Source: Myxococcales bacterium (GTDB lineage: Bacteria > Myxococcota_A > UBA9042). From it: 32,162 nucleotides of DNA. Position 1 is the first letter of the stretch; each line of letters opens with the position of its first letter. Under the pieces are notes generated by a model that saw only the letters and a list, made by a program, of their open reading frames with translations, did no database searches and was not told the DNA's origin. Shown here piece by piece: positions 27,440 through 32,162 of this stretch. The position numbers were made by a program, and so were the translations under genes. Where the stretch lies: positions 1-32,162 of the forward strand of contig JBBISH010000078.1 of the NCBI GenBank assembly GCA_037441385.1. Reading direction: 5' to 3'.

Positions 27440-27673
27440 ATGGACCCCCAGTTCCAAAGCGAACTGACCGCCGCCATCCTGACCCTGACGCCGGGCATGA
27501 TCCTCCTGGCGTTGGTCGCCCTGGTCGGGCTGCTGATGCTTCTTGAGAAAGCCGGCATCCTGGCCTCGTTCAGCGGCACCGCCAAGCCGGCCGCGGCAGC
27601 GACCGCCGAAGCAGCCAAAGTCGAGACTCCGACAGAGCCCAGCCCGACCCCGCCCGAGACCAAGTCGCCCTAG
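27440..27673 (+). CDS. Small single-pass membrane protein (77 aa)
   Basis: AGGAGA RBS; hydrophobic helix; Pro/Ala/Thr tail; lies inside the cytochrome cluster. Confidence 0.65.
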   Translation: MDPQFQSELTAAILTLTPGMILLALVALVGLLMLLEKAGILASFSGTAKPAAAATAEAAKVETPTEPSPTPPETKSP

Positions 27674-27777
27674 CCGGCTTCCGTTCGACCTGGACCCCTT
27701 CTCACTTACCCCCGCCCGCGCCACCGCGGCACGCCCAAGCAAGGTCAGCGTGCCACCGGCGCTGTGGAGCCAAGGTC

Positions 27778-29157
27778 ATGAAAAGAATTGACCGTATCAT
27801 CGGTTACCTGGCTGCGCCCGAAGATCAGGCCCTGCTAGAACAACCCACCATGACGCGCCGACTGCGCGTGATCGCCCGCACCGGCCTCCGCTACTTGTGG
27901 CTGTACGCCATCTTGTTGGTCGTGTCGATCGCCTGGGTCGGTGCCGCCGGCAACGTGGTCTACCACAAGACCGAGTCGCCCGAGATGTGCAAGGGCTGTC
28001 ACGAGATGGGCGTCAACTTCAAGACCTGGGCCAACTCGCGCCACCACGCCATCAAGTGCGTCGACTGCCACGCCAACCCCGGCCTGGCGGGTTGGGTCGC
28101 GGCCAAGACCGGCGGCCTGGTGCAGCTGTACACGCACGTCACGGTCGAGAAGGTCAACCACGAGGACATCGAGCTCAAGCCGGTCCATGAGGACATCGTC
28201 TCGCGCAACTGTGCGCGCTGCCACACGGGTTCGGCCCGCGTCTCGGAGCGCGCCGGCCGCCGTCTGGCCCACGCGCGCCACACCGAAGTCGGCATCGCCT
28301 GCATCGACTGCCACTCGGGCCGGGTTGCGCACCCCAGTCCCAAGGACCCGACCAACACCTACGTGGGCTTGGCCGATACCGACGCCTGCTTCAAGTGCCA
28401 CGACGGCAAGCACAAGTTCGACGGTCCCAAGGGCGTAGTCACCGCCTTTGCGCTGACCGACGAAGGCTCGTGCACCAAGTGCCACCCGGATGCGCAGCAC
28501 GCCGTGGACCACTTTGGCAACGATCCGCGCGCCCAAGCCCGCAAGCCCTGCCTGGAATGCCACGAGCACAAAGAGGGCGGCCGCCACTACCTACTGGACC
28601 ACAACGACCTGATGCCGATGTGCAGCAAGTGCCACGAGAAGCTGAAGGAAAGCGCGACCTACGTGTCCAAGCACAAGCCCTTTGCCGACGGCAAGTGCAA
28701 CACCTGCCACCAAGTGATGGCGCCGGCCTACCTGTTCAAAGATGGCCCCAAGCCGACCAAGGCCTTCTGCCTGAGTTGCCACGAGAATATCGCCGGTGCC
28801 CTGGCGCTGCCCAAGGCGACGACCCTGACGTCGTTCAATAACGACGGGGCGGACTTGCACGCTTCGCACGCCTCGGACGCCTCGGATCAGGGCGAGGGCC
28901 TGTGCCTGGCCTGCCACGATGGTCACGGCAGCGGCGCCACCCGGGCGATGATCTTCTTGCGGCCCGCCGAGAAGGACGGCAAGCCGGGCCGGTACATCGG
29001 CACGCCCACGGGCGGCACCTGCCAAGGCGCTTGCCACGACGAAACCGGCAACACCTACAACCGCGCCGGCTCCAAGCCTGCCGAGCCCGCCGCGGCCCCG
29101 GCAGCCCCCACCGCGGCCGATGCGCCGGCGGCTCAGCCCGCCGCCCCCAAGGAGTAA
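27778..29157 (+). CDS. NapC/NirT-headed multiheme cytochrome c (11 CxxCH + 1 CxxxCH)
   Basis: TM helix then TESPEMCKGCHEM..W..S.H..CVDCH (NapC/NirT-like), nine more CxxCH and a terminal CQGACH. Confidence 0.92.
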   Translation: MKRIDRIIGYLAAPEDQALLEQPTMTRRLRVIARTGLRYLWLYAILLVVSIAWVGAAGNVVYHKTESPEMCKGCHEMGVNFKTWANSRHHAIKCVDCHANPGLAGWVAAKTGGLVQLYTHVTVEKVNHEDIELKPVHEDIVSRNCARCHTGSARVSERAGRRLAHARHTEVGIACIDCHSGRVAHPSPKDPTNTYVGLADTDACFKCHDGKHKFDGPKGVVTAFALTDEGSCTKCHPDAQHAVDHFGNDPRAQARKPCLECHEHKEGGRHYLLDHNDLMPMCSKCHEKLKESATYVSKHKPFADGKCNTCHQVMAPAYLFKDGPKPTKAFCLSCHENIAGALALPKATTLTSFNNDGADLHASHASDASDQGEGLCLACHDGHGSGATRAMIFLRPAEKDGKPGRYIGTPTGGTCQGACHDETGNTYNRAGSKPAEPAAAPAAPTAADAPAAQPAAPKE

Positions 29158-29160
29158 GCC

Positions 29161-29961
29161 ATGCCTGCACAGGAACTTCGCCTTAGCCGGCCCTGGTTTG
29201 GCGCCGCCATGGCCCTGGCAATGGTCGTCGCCACCGGCTGCCACCAAGAAGAGTCCGAGACGATGGAGCCCTCGGGCCCAACGCTGGAAGCGGCCAACTT
29301 TGCCAGCAAAACTCTTTCTGAGTACTTTGCCGGCAACACCAAGCTGCTCGAGGGCGTGCTAGCCGACGTCGAGAAAGAGGGGGCCAAGACGCCGGATCTG
29401 CCGGCGAAATTGGCGGCCGTGCGCGCCAAGCTGCCGGATCATGCCCCGCTGATGGTGTTTGATGCCAAGCGCCAGCTCGTCGCCAGCGACGTGGGCCCCG
29501 AGGGCCTGCCCCCCTACAAGGTGGTGATGCCGCTGCTCCGCCGCTGCCAGTTGACGAAGAAGCCCGTCGTGACGGCGGTCTGGTTGGGCAACGACAAGCA
29601 CTATTGGGTAGCCCAGGGCCGCATGACCGGCGACGGCGACAAGGCGTTGACCGCCGTGACCGCCTACCCGCTCGTCGGCAAGACGACGGCGGCCTTGTTC
29701 GCGTCGCTGCAGAAGGTGGGCGCACACAACCTGCAAGTACTGGACGAGACGGGCATGGCCGCATGGTCGACCAACATCGACGACCGCTTCAAGTCGGCTG
29801 TGCACGGCACGTACCTGCTGGACAGGATCCAGGGTGGCAAGCCGTTCCAGACCAAGTGCCACAACTGCCACGAGACTGAGAAGCACCAGATCGAGCGCAG
29901 CGAAGTCCGGATCACCGTGGTCCCCGTGCCCGGCACCGGTTGGAGTGTGTCCGTCCGCTAG
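29161..29961 (+). CDS. Lipoprotein with Cache/PDC-like fold and one CxxCH (CHNCH)
   Basis: Lipobox VVATG-C; FDAKRQLVAS and VLDETGMAAWS PAS-like strands; CHNCH; ends VPVPGTGWSVSVR; GGAG RBS 3 nt after the upstream stop. Confidence 0.75.
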   Translation: MPAQELRLSRPWFGAAMALAMVVATGCHQEESETMEPSGPTLEAANFASKTLSEYFAGNTKLLEGVLADVEKEGAKTPDLPAKLAAVRAKLPDHAPLMVFDAKRQLVASDVGPEGLPPYKVVMPLLRRCQLTKKPVVTAVWLGNDKHYWVAQGRMTGDGDKALTAVTAYPLVGKTTAALFASLQKVGAHNLQVLDETGMAAWSTNIDDRFKSAVHGTYLLDRIQGGKPFQTKCHNCHETEKHQIERSEVRITVVPVPGTGWSVSVR

Positions 29962-30310
29962 CCGCCCACCCTGCCCGGCACTTGACCGCAATCCGCCTAG
30001 TTCGCGCGTGGGCGCGACCTCCCCCAAAGCACTTCAGCAAGACGATGCTGGCAGACCTGCTAGCTGGCTCGCGTGCGCGAAGCGGTGCCATGCCGCTGCC
30101 CGTGGCGGGATCGGCTGCGGCGCCCGCGAGGGCGCGGCACGGCGATGGGCGGCGACCAGAGACTTGGCCAATTGCTGGGCAGTCGTTCAGTACCAAGCGG
30201 ATTCGGTTGCGTCTCTCACCCCAAGTGGGGCGCAAGCGAGCGCCTGCAGCGACTCGCCGCGCCGTTTCCAAGGTTCGGATGCGCAGAGAAAGCCTGGTCT
30301 GACCGGCGCT

Positions 30311-32161
30311 CTACAGGGCGTAGAGCTTGATGTCGTCTAGGAACGGCCCGGCGGTGTCGTTGTACTTGTCGTCCACCGCGTTGAAACGGACGCGCAGGTA
30401 GACGGTTTTGCCGGCCAGCGAGCTGGCGTCAAAGCTCTGCTGATTCCACTTCTTCAGTACGTCGCGCGACAGCTTGAACGACACGGCGTTGTTGAAGTCG
30501 GCCGTGGTCGCGAGCTCGACGTAGGTGTTGTCGTAGTTGGCGCCGTTCTGCTGATTCGGGTCCTCTACGTCCAGATAGGCCCATAGCGCCACCGTAATCT
30601 TCTTGTTCGCCGGCAGCGCAAAGGTGGTCGCCAGCGTGGCGGTGCCTGTGGGGGTGGGCATGTTGGCGGCGCACTGCGGCGAGGTGCAGTAGTTGGTGCC
30701 GTTGTTGAAGTTGAGAGCGCAGGCGCCGTAAGGCATCGGTCCGATGTTGGGCGTCGCGTCCACGGCCCACGCCACGCCGTTGCCGACCGAGGTGCTGAGC
30801 GTCCAGCCCAAGCTGTTGCACTGATCGAAGTTCCAGCTCTGGATCGGCTTGGCACAGGCGTAGTTGCCCGCGCAGTCGCTGTCGGCGCAGTCGGTCAGGC
30901 TGTCCATGTCGTTGTCGATGCCGTCGCTGCAATTCTCGATGCAGCTAGGCAGCTGGGCGCATTGGCTGTCGGCGCAGTCGACGGCGCCGTCAAAGTCGTC
31001 GTCCAGGCCGTTGCCGCAGATCTCGGCGGTGCCGGGCGCAGCGGTGACGTTGAAGTTGTCAACGAACCAGCCCGCCCCAGAATTGCCCTGGTCGTACGGG
31101 GTGGTAACGGTCACGTTCAAGCTGAACTCGACTTTGACCTTCTTGCCGATCGCCTCGGGCACGGTGATGGTGTAGCCCGTCTTCAAGACTTTGATGTCGC
31201 CATTGCCCTTGGGCAGCATCAGGGACTTCAGCTCTTGGCCGGTGGTGGCATCCAAGATCCGCACCTTGGGCGTGTCGTTGTCGGCGCTGCCGGTGTCGAC
31301 GTCGTAGTAGGTGTCGAAGGTGATGGTTGGGAGCAGGCCCGCGGTGGTGGTGAAATCGAGCACCGGCGAAGTTGCCGTTCCCAGCGGCAGCTGGCACAGC
31401 GTGATGCCGTTGTTTTGGCCGATCGCGTCGCAGAAGTCCGTGCCGTCGTTGAAGTTCAGGGCGCAGCCCATGCCGGCCAGCGCGGCCACCTTGGGCGTGT
31501 CGTCCACGAGCCACTTCACCGCCCGCGCCGGGTTGGGCGGGGTCGGGTCGGGTACAGAAAAGGCAAACGGGGTGTTCACGTTGCAGTCAAAGCCGTTCGA
31601 GAACACCTGGCAGACCTTGGTGGGTTTGCAGCCGCCGCCGGCGCACTGCGAAGCGGTGGTGCAGGCAATGCCGTCGTCGCAGGCCGCGCCGTCGTTGGCG
31701 GCTTTGTGCAGGCAAGCGCCGGTGGCGGTGTCGCAACTGTCGGCCGTGCAAGGGTTCTTGTCGTCGCACGACTTGGGTGTGCTGGCGGCGATGCACTTGC
31801 CGTTGCCGCAGGTGGCGGCGACGCATTTGTCCGCGGTCGTACACGGCAAGGTGTTGGCGAGCAAGCTGCAATTGCCGGTGGCCGGGTCGCAGCCGTCGGT
31901 GGTGCAGACGTTGCCGTCGTCGCAGTTGGCCGCCACGCCGGTGCATTTGCCCTGCACGCAGGCATCGCCAGTGGTGCACTTGCTGCCATCGTCGCACGGC
32001 GGGTTGGCGGGGTTCACGCTGTAGACGCAACCGGACTTGGGGTCACAAGCATCGGTGCTGCAAGGATCTTTGTCGTCGCAGTTCTTGGCCGTGCCGCCGC
32101 CGCAATTGCCGCTGGCGCACGCTTCGGCCACGGTGCAAGGGTTGCCGTCGTCGCAGGGGCC
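30311..32161 (-). CDS. Large Cys-rich repeat secreted protein (5' end outside the window)
   Basis: Frame open to the window edge (..GPCDDGNPCTV); CDDxxxCTxDxC repeats; two ExCxxGxDxDxDxxxDCADSxC motifs (MopE-like putative metal-binding) between two homologous beta-rich domains. Confidence 0.9.
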   Translation of the reverse strand, partial: GPCDDGNPCTVAEACASGNCGGGTAKNCDDKDPCSTDACDPKSGCVYSVNPANPPCDDGSKCTTGDACVQGKCTGVAANCDDGNVCTTDGCDPATGNCSLLANTLPCTTADKCVAATCGNGKCIAASTPKSCDDKNPCTADSCDTATGACLHKAANDGAACDDGIACTTASQCAGGGCKPTKVCQVFSNGFDCNVNTPFAFSVPDPTPPNPARAVKWLVDDTPKVAALAGMGCALNFNDGTDFCDAIGQNNGITLCQLPLGTATSPVLDFTTTAGLLPTITFDTYYDVDTGSADNDTPKVRILDATTGQELKSLMLPKGNGDIKVLKTGYTITVPEAIGKKVKVEFSLNVTVTTPYDQGNSGAGWFVDNFNVTAAPGTAEICGNGLDDDFDGAVDCADSQCAQLPSCIENCSDGIDNDMDSLTDCADSDCAGNYACAKPIQSWNFDQCNSLGWTLSTSVGNGVAWAVDATPNIGPMPYGACALNFNNGTNYCTSPQCAANMPTPTGTATLATTFALPANKKITVALWAYLDVEDPNQQNGANYDNTYVELATTADFNNAVSFKLSRDVLKKWNQQSFDASSLAGKTVYLRVRFNAVDDKYNDTAGPFLDDIKLYAL

Positions 32162-32162
32162 G

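Noticed and set aside
23967..29961. Calling the cluster nitrite reductase (nrf) or polysulfide/tetrathionate reductase
   Set aside because: No CxxCK NrfA and no molybdopterin catalytic subunit in the window.

Overview
GC-rich bacterial chromosomal window. It is probably Myxococcota/deltaproteobacterial, inferred from three membrane Hanks-type Ser/Thr kinases and several Cys-repeat lipoproteins. Left to right: a minus-strand run (menA, a MenC-MenE fusion, a Cys-repeat lipoprotein, a Ser/Thr kinase); a double-YHS lipoprotein; a thioredoxin-fold lipoprotein split in the ORF track by an in-frame TGA in a W-U-G-F-C (UxxC) motif with a SECIS-like hairpin, so a probable selenoprotein; a second kinase; a 3-gene operon led by an apparently exported, Cys-paired NACHT/STAND-like NTPase lipoprotein; a third kinase (PEGA); ffh; an lgt-like gene; DUF983, SRPBCC, ABC ATPase plus membrane partner and a GT-C-like membrane protein; a 6-gene respiratory cluster (9-heme cytochrome c, Tat 4x[4Fe-4S] NrfC-like, NrfD-like, small membrane protein, NapC/NirT-headed 12-heme cytochrome, stand-alone heme-c Cache-like lipoprotein); and the 3' part of a large Cys-repeat secreted protein. 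A structured ~122-bp intergenic repeat occurs four times (two full copies, two halves), and the two halves bracket the selenoprotein gene. No rRNA, tRNA, CRISPR array or transposase was seen. All family calls come from motif recognition by eye; no database searches were run.
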